A stretch of 62,180 bases of DNA, filler included. It is 5 parts of 5 records of this genome, joined end to end, with 100 filler letters (N's around TTAATTAATTAA, not from the genome) between each part and the next. Parts side by side here need not be neighbours in the genome. Positions count along the whole stretch, not along the records: positions 1 to 6,728 come from SRR31156797_27642; positions 6,829 to 37,909 come from SRR31156797_27653; 3 more parts are not named here. The stretch is one strand, 5' to 3'. Position numbers and translations under genes: made by a program. The notes beneath the pieces are model-generated. The model was given only the letters and a program-made list of their open reading frames with translations, searched no databases and had not been told where the DNA came from. Positions 1 to 9,192 of the stretch are shown here, one piece after another. The number at the start of each line of letters is the position of its first letter. Within the stretch, counting starts at the first letter, position 1.

Positions 1-1109
1 ACAATTTCTCTGCGGGCCTGTTTCGGATGGATATTCCCGCTTTTAAGAACCGCAATGAAATCTTCGCAGGTTTGAAGGGCATCGCTTTTCTTTCCGAATC
101 TGACATCACGGCGTATATCTTCACTGTATTTTGTCAGAGTCAGCCGCATGTCCAGTCCTCCGTACTCTTCCGGGCTGAAAAGGAAGATTCCACTGTTGCC
201 GGCGATAAGCCTGAGCTGAAGGGCCGTTACCGCCTGACGGTAGGATATGTATATCTCTTCTACCTGCGACACTGCCTTGCCGATCCCTGCGGATATTGTG
301 AACTGATTATCCCGCTGAATGGTGTCGATGATTGCTGAAGCAATCGACACTGTTTCCCGTTCCAGCGTTAACTCTTTATGTCTACCGAGGATTACCACGA
401 GCCTGTTCTCGGCTGTGCTGATCCGGGTAAAATCGACCTGGTTCTGTAGGGCTTCGGTACAGGCTTCTTCCATGGACAGGAAGAGGAGATCAGGGGATAT
501 GGTACTTCCATTCTCTGTGAGATCAGGACTGTCTATCTCCAGACAGATGACAGAGAAAAACTCCTTTTTCGTGAGGAAGGCAAGGTCTTCACAGAGAAGA
601 TCCTGGTCGGGAGGGTCTACCCGTCCCCCGATGAGGCGTGACAGGAACCGATCGCAAACGGCTCTCCTGCTTTTTTCCAAAAGAAGGTAGAGATGGGTCC
701 GGGCCATATTCCTTTCGTCTCTCTTCTGCAGCTTTTCCCGAATTTGGGCCAGATGTTTTTTTAATGTCCGTGAGCTTATCGGCTTTAAAAGAAAATCCAT
801 GACCTGGAGGCTCATTGCTTTTTGAGCGTATTCGAAATCATCATATCCACTCAGGATCAGTGTGAGGGTTTCGGGGGATTCTTCATGGATAACCCGGGCG
901 ACCTCAAGTCCGTCGGCGCCGGGCATGCAGATGTCCGTCAGGACGACATCGGGCTTATTGGCTTTTATGCTTTCAATTGCCTCAAGCCCGTCTGAGCAGG
1001 GGGGAAGTAATTCAAAACCTTCGGAAGCCCAGTCAATATTTTCCGAAATACCCTGTCTGATAATTTCCTCATCATCGACCAGGAGGAAGCTGTATAATTT
1101 TTCGGTCAC
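1..1109 (-). CDS. YesN-like two-component response regulator (N-terminal receiver domain; 3' end truncated at window edge)
   Basis: Not in the ORF track because it runs off the edge. Manual translation from GTG at 1109: VTEKLYSFLLVDDEEIIRQGISENIDW...KPDVVLTDICMPGADGLE...ILSGYDDFEYAQKAM...FLLKP. SD-like GAGGT upstream. Confidence 0.85.
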   Translation of the reverse strand, partial: MTEKLYSFLLVDDEEIIRQGISENIDWASEGFELLPPCSDGLEAIESIKANKPDVVLTDICMPGADGLEVARVIHEESPETLTLILSGYDDFEYAQKAMSLQVMDFLLKPISSRTLKKHLAQIREKLQKRDERNMARTHLYLLLEKSRRAVCDRFLSRLIGGRVDPPDQDLLCEDLAFLTKKEFFSVICLEIDSPDLTENGSTISPDLLFLSMEEACTEALQNQVDFTRISTAENRLVVILGRHKELTLERETVSIASAIIDTIQRDNQFTISAGIGKAVSQVEEIYISYRQAVTALQLRLIAGNSGIFLFSPEEYGGLDMRLTLTKYSEDIRRDVRFGKKSDALQTCEDFIAVLKSGNIHPKQARREI

Positions 1110-1171
1110 AGGCTATTTTACCTCTGATTCAGTGTCTTATAAAGAACTTTTTGTGTCCTGCTCATACAAAT

Positions 1172-1208
1172 AAAAAGCCGCGCCAGGATCCTCTCCTTAC
1201 GCGGCTTT
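1172..1208 (-). terminator. Probable intrinsic terminator after the sugar permease gene
   Basis: Inverted repeat AAAGCCGCG...CGCGGCTTT with an A-run on + (U-tract on -). The loop is unusually long. Confidence 0.45.
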
Positions 1209-1237
1209 AACTTAACTGTTGAAACTGTGAAGGTTTG

Positions 1238-2218
1238 TCAGGATGATCGGCGCATATCGAGGTAGACTGCCGAAATGATGATAAAGCCCTTTACCAGAAG
1301 CTGGTAGTAGGAGTCTACACCAAGGTAGGTCATCCCGAAATTGATCAGTCCCAGGGTCAACACACCGACGATGATACCGCCGATTTTTCCAACACCACCG
1401 GAGTGGGAAACCCCGCCGACCGTAGCTGCAGCAATGGCATCCAGTTCCATCATATCGCCGGTAAGGGCGTTCGCCAGCCCCAGTCGACTGGAAAGAAGAA
1501 CTCCTGCAAATCCATAGAGTGTTCCGGCCATGAGGTAGACTTTCATTGTTTCCATTTTCACTGCAATTCCGGAAACCCGGGCTGCCGTGGGGTTTCCGCC
1601 GATGGCGTAAATACGCTTTCCCTGCTTTGTGTGATTCATCATCGCCCACAGGAAGATGACTGCGATGATAACAAAAATCACCATATTCGGAATCGGCCCG
1701 AAGAACCCTTGAGCTATAGATTTATATTCGTTTTTCAGACTGCCCACGGTAGAAGCGTGGGTATAAATCAGCTGCAGACCTGAGGCTATGGTCATGGACC
1801 CCAGGGTCGCAATAAACGGGGGCAGTTTCCCATAGGCGACGAGGATTCCGTTAAACAAACCGAACAGTACGCCGACAGCGACTCCTGCCAGAACCGGAAT
1901 TAATATCGGCAGGTCCAGGCCGGGGTAGAGGGCCGAAGTATAGTCCGGGTTCTGGGCCAGTGAGGCTGAAACACAGGCGGATAAACCGACGACCTGCCCC
2001 AGTGAGAGGTCAATTCCCCGGGTGATGATGATGATACCGACCCCCAGAGCTGCCAGGGCCCGTACGGATTCGGCGATTGCCAGATTCTGCCAGGAAAGGA
2101 GCCTGAGGGATCCTCCTCTGGTTAGAAATCCCAATATAATAACCATCACAACGAAAGTGACGTATCCGGTATAATTCGAGAGAAATCCCCCGATTGATTT
2201 CTTTGTAAGCGTGTTCAT
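1238..2218 (-). CDS. mglC: Galactose/methyl-galactoside-type ABC transporter permease
   Basis: Hydrophobic protein with GIDLSLG, LPPFIATLG, YAIGGNPTAARVSGI and ELDAIAAATVGG motifs of CUT2 permeases; operonic with ATPase and binding protein. Confidence 0.85.
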   Translation of the reverse strand: MNTLTKKSIGGFLSNYTGYVTFVVMVIILGFLTRGGSLRLLSWQNLAIAESVRALAALGVGIIIITRGIDLSLGQVVGLSACVSASLAQNPDYTSALYPGLDLPILIPVLAGVAVGVLFGLFNGILVAYGKLPPFIATLGSMTIASGLQLIYTHASTVGSLKNEYKSIAQGFFGPIPNMVIFVIIAVIFLWAMMNHTKQGKRIYAIGGNPTAARVSGIAVKMETMKVYLMAGTLYGFAGVLLSSRLGLANALTGDMMELDAIAAATVGGVSHSGGVGKIGGIIVGVLTLGLINFGMTYLGVDSYYQLLVKGFIIISAVYLDMRRSS

Positions 2219-3765
2219 TAAGATGCTTCCTCCTCTTTAAAATCATCATGCCCGAACATAGCGGCGAGTCTCATAATATTCTCCTGAGTCCTCTCTACTC
2301 CTTCGAGTATCCCCGTTTTACGACCTGAACAGAGCACCATAATTCGGTGGGACATGCCGATCAGTTCAGACATTTCGCTGGAGACCATGATGATGGATTT
2401 CCCCGCCTTTGCAAGATCCGCCATAATGCAGTAGATTTCGTATTTAGCTCCGACATCGATACCCCTTGTCGGTTCGTCCATTATCAGTATCTCCGGGAGT
2501 GTCATCATCCAGCGGGCCACAATGACCTTCTGCTGATTTCCACCGGAAAGGTTTTTAATAGGGGTCTCCATCGTCGGTGTTTTGGTTTTAAACTTCACAT
2601 TCATATCTTTGGAAGTTTTAACAAGGGTTTTATGATCAATAAATCCGATTTTATTGGAAAGCCTGTCCAGAGATGGCATACTGGTATTCTCGGTGATATC
2701 AAGAAGGGGAAAAATTCCGCCCCCACGCCTGTCCTCGGTTATCAGTCCCATTCCACTGGCTATCGCATCCTTTGGATTCTTGATCGGCAGAGTCTCCCCA
2801 TCAAGAGTGACACTCCCGCTGACAACCGGGCGGAGACCGAAGATGGATTCGACCAGTTCAGTCCTCTGCGCGCCTACAAGGCCTCCAACTCCCAGGATCT
2901 CTCCCCGCCTTAAATCAAAACTCACATCCTTGAAAGATTTTTCATCGGAGGATGTTAGATTTTCTACTTTCATTACGACGCTGCTCGGTATGGCTTCTAC
3001 AACCGGAAATCTCTGACTCATATCCCGGCCGACCATCAGGTTGATCAGTTTGTCTTCGTCCAGATCTCCCGCCGGGGCGGTGGTGATTAATTCGCCGTCT
3101 CTCATGACCGAGATTTCATCGGCTATCTGGAAAATCTCACTCATCTTGTGAGATATATAAATAACAGCCACATTCTGATCCCGGAGGCTGTTGATGATTT
3201 TAAAAAGGTGGTTGACTTCTTTTTCCGAAAGTGAACTCGTCGGTTCGTCCATGACGACAACCGAAGCATTGTAGGAGACAGCTTTGGCGATTTCACAGGC
3301 CTGCTGATGAGAGATTGAGATTGAGCCCATTCTTTCTCTAGGTTCAATTTCCATCTCAAGCTGTTGCATCAGCTTCCGGGTCTCTTCAGCCATCTGTTTG
3401 TGATTCACGAAGGGGATGGGTCCGATCCTTCGTGTATGCTCTCTTCCCAGCCAGATATTTTCCATTACGGTCTGATCCGGGACAACATTGAGTTCCTGGT
3501 GAATCATGGAGACGCCTCTTTCCAGAGCATCTCTTGAACTTTTAAAACTTGTAACTTCACCACTGAGTTTGATTTCGCCCTCATCCTTATTGTAAATTCC
3601 GAAAAGGCATTTCATAAGTGTGGACTTTCCCGCGCCGTTTTCCCCCATAAGGGCGTGTACGGTACCTGGCTTCACCTTAAAGGATACATCCTTCAATGCC
3701 TGAACTCCCGGAAAAGCTTTTGAAATATTGTGCATTTCTAGGATGTATGAATTATCCAGGGACAT
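2218..3765 (-). CDS. mglA: Sugar ABC transporter ATP-binding protein (tandem ABC domains)
   Basis: GENGAGKST Walker A, VVVMDEPT, LSGGNQQK, DEPTRGIDVGAKYEIY. Confidence 0.9.
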   Translation of the reverse strand: MSLDNSYILEMHNISKAFPGVQALKDVSFKVKPGTVHALMGENGAGKSTLMKCLFGIYNKDEGEIKLSGEVTSFKSSRDALERGVSMIHQELNVVPDQTVMENIWLGREHTRRIGPIPFVNHKQMAEETRKLMQQLEMEIEPRERMGSISISHQQACEIAKAVSYNASVVVMDEPTSSLSEKEVNHLFKIINSLRDQNVAVIYISHKMSEIFQIADEISVMRDGELITTAPAGDLDEDKLINLMVGRDMSQRFPVVEAIPSSVVMKVENLTSSDEKSFKDVSFDLRRGEILGVGGLVGAQRTELVESIFGLRPVVSGSVTLDGETLPIKNPKDAIASGMGLITEDRRGGGIFPLLDITENTSMPSLDRLSNKIGFIDHKTLVKTSKDMNVKFKTKTPTMETPIKNLSGGNQQKVIVARWMMTLPEILIMDEPTRGIDVGAKYEIYCIMADLAKAGKSIIMVSSEMSELIGMSHRIMVLCSGRKTGILEGVERTQENIMRLAAMFGHDDFKEEEAS

Positions 3766-3783
3766 ATTTCCTCCATTTCATTG

Positions 3784-3825
3784 AAAAAAAATCGGGCGGA
3801 ACCGGAAGGAACTTCCGGACCGCCC
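3784..3825 (-). terminator. Hairpin plus U-tract between binding-protein and ATPase genes (attenuating terminator / mRNA stabiliser)
   Basis: GGGCGG-AA-CCGGAAG-GAA-CTTCCGG-A-CCGCCC (3794-3825), with A8 at 3784-3791. Confidence 0.7.
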
Positions 3826-3842
3826 ATATTAAGACTTGTTGT

Positions 3843-4976
3843 CTAGTTCATGAAATCCTTGTAGTTATCAAGGGTAACGGCCTTGAAGGGTACAAGGTAG
3901 CACTGACCGGCAACAGAAGCATCGTTTGCGGGAGCTTCATCGATCGGTGCGCTCAGAGGAGAAAGTCCCCAGGCTTCTTTTCCTGTTGCACTGCCTTCGG
4001 AAGCCATCATGTAAGCGAGCTCGAAAGCTGTGGTGGCCTGACCGACGGCATCCTGAAGAACGGTGGCGAACAGCTTGCCTTCGTCCATGGATTTAACAGC
4101 GACCTGGGTGGCGTCTACGCCGAGAACGGGTACTTTGAGAACGGTTCCATCACCGTCAACATCCTTGGAAGGATCGCTGGGGTCATCAACATAACCGGCG
4201 GTAAGGAGGGATTCAACAGCACCCAGAGCCATACCGTCATTGTTGGCGATAACAACATCAAACTCACCGGAGAAAGCGGCCAGCCATGTGTCCATCTTGG
4301 CCTGAGCTTCGTCGGGCTTCCAGTTGGCTGTGTCTTCGGCAACGATATTCAACTTGTAACCGGCATCTATGAGGCCCTGCTGTACGGCATTGGTTCTGTA
4401 AACCTGAGCGGGATGTCCCAGCTGTCCATAGATGAAGATGGCGTCAATAGCATCGGGATCGCCGTTGGCGAGTTTTTCCGGATTAGCTTTGAAGTATTCG
4501 TCGAGAATCTGAGCCTGGATCTGACCAGCTACGGATTCGGGTGAAGAGGCGAGGTAGAAGTTGGGGCTGACCTTGAGGGCTTCAACGGAAGGCTGGATGT
4601 TGGAGAAAGCAGCGCCTCCGCCCTGGGCATGGATCAAGGAAGCCATATCTTCTGTGGCTTCAGTTGTATTGGAAACAACAACGTAGTGCTTGATCCCCTG
4701 GGAAAGAAGGGTGTTCAACTGGTCGAGCTGAAGGGCCATGTCACCGCGGCTGTCCTGCAGGTTCAGTTCAACATCATACTCTTCTGCGAGACCTTTGAGT
4801 ACTTCAGCGTAGTCGGCAACAAACTGTTCATCAGTGTTTCGGATAAGGGCTCCGATTTTAATTGGTTCTGATTCGGCCGGTTTCGCAGCTCCTGTCTCTT
4901 CCTTTTTCTGGCAGCCGACAAAAAATAACGACATGACAACCAAGAGAACAACAGCAACGGGTAAAAATCTTTTCAT
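3843..4976 (-). CDS. Sugar ABC transporter substrate-binding lipoprotein (MglB-like)
   Basis: Lipobox FFVGC; ANNDGMALGAVE, PVLGVDAT and ATVLQDA motifs of periplasmic galactose-binding proteins. Confidence 0.85.
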   Translation of the reverse strand: MKRFLPVAVVLLVVMSLFFVGCQKKEETGAAKPAESEPIKIGALIRNTDEQFVADYAEVLKGLAEEYDVELNLQDSRGDMALQLDQLNTLLSQGIKHYVVVSNTTEATEDMASLIHAQGGGAAFSNIQPSVEALKVSPNFYLASSPESVAGQIQAQILDEYFKANPEKLANGDPDAIDAIFIYGQLGHPAQVYRTNAVQQGLIDAGYKLNIVAEDTANWKPDEAQAKMDTWLAAFSGEFDVVIANNDGMALGAVESLLTAGYVDDPSDPSKDVDGDGTVLKVPVLGVDATQVAVKSMDEGKLFATVLQDAVGQATTAFELAYMMASEGSATGKEAWGLSPLSAPIDEAPANDASVAGQCYLVPFKAVTLDNYKDFMN

Positions 4977-5114
4977 TTAATTCTCCTTTAACAAAAATTT
5001 AATGAAATTATAAATCTGATGAATCCGGTTGGAAATGCAAAATTTGTTACAAAAAGTGTAATTTTCGGTTCATTATCACGATTTTGTAAGAAGATCCCGA
5101 TTGTTTCAGGGGGA

Positions 5115-6296
5115 TCATCCCCTCCGGTTTCGATTCCGGTACTGACCCGGGGTTATCCCTTCGGCCTGCTTGAAGCCTGCGTGGAATCGCTGGAGGGAGG
5201 CGTATCCTGATTCTTCGGCAATCTGCTCCATGGTTTTCTCCGATGAGACCAGCTGCTTCTTTATATAGTATATTTTGGTCTCCAGGAGGAGACTGTTCAC
5301 GGTTCGATCCAGGGAACGGCGGAATTTAATCTCCAGACTCCGGCGGGAGGCGTTGACGTGTGCGGCCACATCGGTAACCTGGATGCCTTCCTTGAATCCC
5401 CGGCGGATAAAGTTCACCGCCTCCCGGACGACAGGATCTTCACAGACGAAGATCCGGGTTGTATCCCTCTCGATCAGTTCGCCGGGGGGGATGAGGACCT
5501 CTGAAAGCCACTGCCGGTCCGGCTCTTCCCGGGGGAGGAGGGTGTCCAGGAGTTCCGCCGCCCGGAAACCGATCTCTTCACAGTCCAGCTGGATGGAGGA
5601 GAGAGAGGGGTTCGATAATTCGCAGAGGATATCCTCGTTATCAACACCCAGGACGGCGATATCCTCCGGAACCTTCAGTCCCAGTTTCCGGCAGATGCCG
5701 GCTATCTTCACTCCGGCGGTGTCGTTGCAGGCGAAGATCCCGCAGGGCCGGGGGAGGCCGGCCAGCCAGTCGTTCAGGGAGCCCGAGGAGGAGCGGTCCT
5801 CCAGGGCGGACAGGTTCTCCCACCAGGTGAGGGGGCGCTCAAAGAGAGGCGGTCTCTCCGGGGACTCCTTCTCTGTTCCCAGGCCCCTCAGGAAGCCTTC
5901 AAACCGTTTGGCCGACCAGGCGGCCTCCTCGACGCCGCAGTAGGCAAGGCTGGTGAATCCGCAGTTTCTTAAGTAAAGCCCCGCTTTATGTCCGGTCTGA
6001 TAGTCGTCATTGACCACCTGGTGGAAACCCAGATCCGTGTAGGCCCCGGCCACATCCACTACCGGAATCCCAAGCCGGGCCATCCGTTCCGCTTCTTCCG
6101 TCGATTCGGCCCGGGTGATGATCCCGTCACCCTTCCATCTCTCCAGATTGTCGATCCCTCCGAACATCCATCCGTAACCTGAGAGGTTCCACTCCTCCCT
6201 CTGTTTGGCAAAACGGACGATGCCCCGGGCGATTCCGTGTTCGTAATAGTCGTTCAGACCCATGCAGATGGCAATTTTATGAGGTTTTGTGCGCAT
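5115..6296 (-). CDS. XylR-family transcriptional regulator (periplasmic-binding-protein-like domain + AraC HTH)
   Basis: DGIITR, PVVDV, IFACND, VPEDIAVLGVDNE and a C-terminal AraC HTH (IAEESGY...GITPGQYR). Start placed at ATG 6296; the ORF track extends to 6362. Confidence 0.85.
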   Translation of the reverse strand: MRTKPHKIAICMGLNDYYEHGIARGIVRFAKQREEWNLSGYGWMFGGIDNLERWKGDGIITRAESTEEAERMARLGIPVVDVAGAYTDLGFHQVVNDDYQTGHKAGLYLRNCGFTSLAYCGVEEAAWSAKRFEGFLRGLGTEKESPERPPLFERPLTWWENLSALEDRSSSGSLNDWLAGLPRPCGIFACNDTAGVKIAGICRKLGLKVPEDIAVLGVDNEDILCELSNPSLSSIQLDCEEIGFRAAELLDTLLPREEPDRQWLSEVLIPPGELIERDTTRIFVCEDPVVREAVNFIRRGFKEGIQVTDVAAHVNASRRSLEIKFRRSLDRTVNSLLLETKIYYIKKQLVSSEKTMEQIAEESGYASLQRFHAGFKQAEGITPGQYRNRNRRG

Positions 6297-6419
6297 ATCA
6301 TTATAAAGTATACGCATAATGAGCATTGCGGGCAAGGGAGCCCGGGTGTATTCTTGGACCATCAGCGGGGATACCCCGATGGATTACAACAGAGATATAA
6401 CTATTTGAGGAGAGAAGAT

Positions 6420-6728
6420 ATGAACAAGAATGACCTTATTGTCGTTACCGGAGCCGGAGGCTTTATTGCAGGTTCCCTGGTAAGATATTTCAAGGAGAAG
6501 GGGTTCACCAACCTGAGGGCTGTAGATAAAAAACCCCTGTACGAATGGTACCAGGTTGTTGAAGGCGCCGAGAGCCTCTGCCTGGACGTGAGCGAATACG
6601 ACAACTGCGTCAGAGCCGTCGAAGGGGCCAAAGAGGTTTACAACCTGGCTGCCGATATGGGTGGAATGGGTTTTATCGAAAATAACCGTGTTGACTGCCT
6701 GCGTTCCATCCTGATCAACACCCACATG
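6420..6728 (+). CDS. NAD-dependent epimerase, GDP-mannose 3,5-epimerase-like (truncated at contig end)
   Basis: VTGAGGFIAG Rossmann motif and YNLAADMGGMGFIE; SD GAGGAG upstream. Confidence 0.8.
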
Positions 6729-6828
6729 NNNNNNNNNNNNNNNNNNNNNNNNNNNNNNNNNNNNNNNNNNNNTTAATTAATTAANNNNNNNNNNNNNNNN
6801 NNNNNNNNNNNNNNNNNNNNNNNNNNNN
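6729..6828. other. Artificial contig linker (N44-TTAATTAATTAA-N44)
   Basis: Identical 100-bp structure occurs four times; the core has stop codons in all six frames. Confidence 0.97.
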
Positions 6829-7025
6829 GATCTTCATACTCGTGCGTCAGTACTGCAGTATTCATAAAAGTAGATTCCCTTTTTAGAAACTGGGGATCAC
6901 ACCACAAAAATATGATCATTTCCATTTAGAAGCTTGCGCAAAAACATACGGTCATGTAGTCTACGGTTTTTTGCACAACTGTAATTGTATCATGATGTAA
7001 GAGCGGATAGGGGCTTGAACCTTTC

Positions 7026-8249
7026 ATGAAAAACAAAACCGTTCGAAAAACATATTGGGTTCCCTTTTTCAGCGCCATCACCCTTCTCTTCTTATTTCTC
7101 CCGGGTGCTTCAATTCACCAAATCCATGGCGCTGAAACAAAGGGCAATCCTCCCGTAACAACATTCCAGGGAAACCAACGGATACTGGAAGGCATCGATT
7201 TGATTTACGATCGCCGGTTCTCGGATGCCGAAACCTTATTCAGAAAGATGACAATCGACACCCCCCGGGACCCCAGCGGCTTTTTTTACCTGGCCATGGT
7301 CACATGGTCCAGACTGGCTGCGGGTTTCTGGACCCCGGAGACGGTAAAAGAATTTAAAAAACGGATCGATCGGGCCATAGAGGTGGCCCAGGCCCGTGTT
7401 GACAACAAAGGTGCGGACAGTTACGATTTCTTCTATCTCGGTGGGGCATTGGGATTCAAGGGCCGTTTTGAATTGATGAAAGGCAACATGTTCTCATCAT
7501 TCCTTCTGGCCTTGGATGCCATTGAAGCCCTCAAGACCTGCCGGGAAATGGCGCCCGACCACAAGGATGTCCTGCTCGGGATCGGAACCTTCGATTATTA
7601 TACAGCCAAGCTTTCAGGGGTTTTAAAATTTTTGACCTATTTTCTCCTGCACCGTGGCGATAAAAAAGAGGGGCTCAAAAAGCTGAATGATGCGGCGTTG
7701 CATGCCGTTTACTCGTCAACGGAAGCCAAAAGTGTCCTCCTTTACATCCAACTCTTTTCCGAGGAAGATTTTCCACAAGCCCTGGCACTGGCCACTGAAT
7801 TATCCAACAGGTACACGGAAAATCCCAGATACAAAACCCTTGAGGGCGTCTGTTATATCCGCATGGATAAGGATCGCCAATACAGGGAAACCTTGCGCGA
7901 CCTTTTAACCAGAAGCCGTGAAGCAAAATCTCCCGTCACCGGGGCCATCTGGAAAAAACGGGCACTTTACCTAGAATCCATAGACGACCTCTATCACGGG
8001 CGTTATGCAAAGGCCAGAATTGCGCTGGAAGAGATTCTCAAGCATCCCGACCCGGAGCATGACCCGGCCATGATCGCCTGGCCCCTCATAAAACTGGGGA
8101 TGAGCTATGACCTGGCCGGAAATAGAGATCGGGCCCTCAGCTATTACAACCGGGTGTTCAACATGGAAAACGGCGCAGGGGCTCAGTTCGTGGCTGAAAA
8201 GCTGTTGGAAGAGCCCATCGGCCCAAAAGATCCATTCATCGGATACTGA
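7026..8249 (+). CDS. Secreted tetratricopeptide-repeat protein
   Basis: Signal-peptide-like N-terminus; helical TPR-like repeats (FFYLGGALGF, LIKLGMSYDLAGNRDRALSYY). Ends 2 bp before tatT. Confidence 0.7.
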   Translation: MKNKTVRKTYWVPFFSAITLLFLFLPGASIHQIHGAETKGNPPVTTFQGNQRILEGIDLIYDRRFSDAETLFRKMTIDTPRDPSGFFYLAMVTWSRLAAGFWTPETVKEFKKRIDRAIEVAQARVDNKGADSYDFFYLGGALGFKGRFELMKGNMFSSFLLALDAIEALKTCREMAPDHKDVLLGIGTFDYYTAKLSGVLKFLTYFLLHRGDKKEGLKKLNDAALHAVYSSTEAKSVLLYIQLFSEEDFPQALALATELSNRYTENPRYKTLEGVCYIRMDKDRQYRETLRDLLTRSREAKSPVTGAIWKKRALYLESIDDLYHGRYAKARIALEEILKHPDPEHDPAMIAWPLIKLGMSYDLAGNRDRALSYYNRVFNMENGAGAQFVAEKLLEEPIGPKDPFIGY

Positions 8250-8251
8250 AT

Positions 8252-9100
8252 ATGAAAAGATTCTATTTCTCATTGTTTTTACTGGTTTTACCCATACTTC
8301 TGGCCGGCGGTTGCACCCGTCTGGTTATGCCCATGGCTTCCGCCATGATCCCCGGTTTCACCGACGCTTTTTTTGAGGAATGCGATCTGAAGCTGGCCGG
8401 AGAATCCCTCCCCGCGGAACTCAAACTGATGGAAGGCCTTCTAAAGAATGATCCGGAAAATCAGAAAATCCTGACCGCTCTCTGTATGGGATTTACAGGC
8501 TATGCCATGCTCTTTGTGGAAGATGAAAACCCGGAAAGGGCCTCCAGGCTGTATCTTCGGGCCAGAACTTACGGGCTGAAGGCCATGGGTATTGAAACCG
8601 CCGGTTCACGTCAAATGCTTGACCAGATAAAGAAAATGCCCAGGGAGAAGATTGAAATGCTTTTCTGGACCACCATGGCCTGGAATGCCTGGGTCAACCT
8701 GAACCTGGACAAACCCTCAGCCATCGGCGAGAGCACCCTTGCGGAGGCCTGCCTGAAACGCGTACTGGAAATTGAACCCGACTTCTATTATGGCGCACCT
8801 TATGTGCTCATGGGTACCATATTGGCGGCACGACCTGAAATGCTGGGTGGAAACGCGCCGAAAGCAAAAAAATGTTTTGAAAAAGCCATCACCTTGAGTG
8901 ACGGTAAATTCCTTTTGGCGCAATATTATTTTGCCCGCTACTACGCGGTCAGGGTTCAGGACAAAGCCCTGTTCTTCAGTTTGATTAAAGCGGTTGCCGA
9001 GGCACGGCCCGATGACCTTAAGGAGGCCTGCCTCATCAACCAGGCGGTCAAACAAAAAACGGCAGCCCTCGCTGAAATGGCGGATGAACTGTTTTTATAA
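8252..9100 (+). CDS. TRAP transporter TatT component (TPR lipoprotein)
   Basis: Lipobox LAGGC; ECDLKLAGESLPAELKLMEGLL, YLRARTYGL, RPEMLGGN, YYARYYAV-type motifs; directly upstream of dctPQM. Confidence 0.85.
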   Translation: MKRFYFSLFLLVLPILLAGGCTRLVMPMASAMIPGFTDAFFEECDLKLAGESLPAELKLMEGLLKNDPENQKILTALCMGFTGYAMLFVEDENPERASRLYLRARTYGLKAMGIETAGSRQMLDQIKKMPREKIEMLFWTTMAWNAWVNLNLDKPSAIGESTLAEACLKRVLEIEPDFYYGAPYVLMGTILAARPEMLGGNAPKAKKCFEKAITLSDGKFLLAQYYFARYYAVRVQDKALFFSLIKAVAEARPDDLKEACLINQAVKQKTAALAEMADELFL

Positions 9101-9107
9101 CCATCAA

Positions 9108-9177
9108 CAGGGGACAGTTGTCAGAGAGCAGGATGAAAATTGAAGAAGCTGGAAACTGAAAACCGGCAACTGCCTAC
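9108..9177. repeat. Heptamer-periodic imperfect inverted repeat (CAGnnnn x4 ... CTGnnnn x4)
   Basis: CAG at 9108, 9115, 9122, 9129; CTG/CCG at 9149, 9156, 9163, 9170. Confidence 0.6.
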
Positions 9178-9192
9178 GGATACGGAGATTTT

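Noticed and set aside
6773-6784. TTAATTAATTAA palindrome repeated four times in the window
   Set aside because: Always centred in N runs; a synthetic six-frame-stop spacer, not biological.
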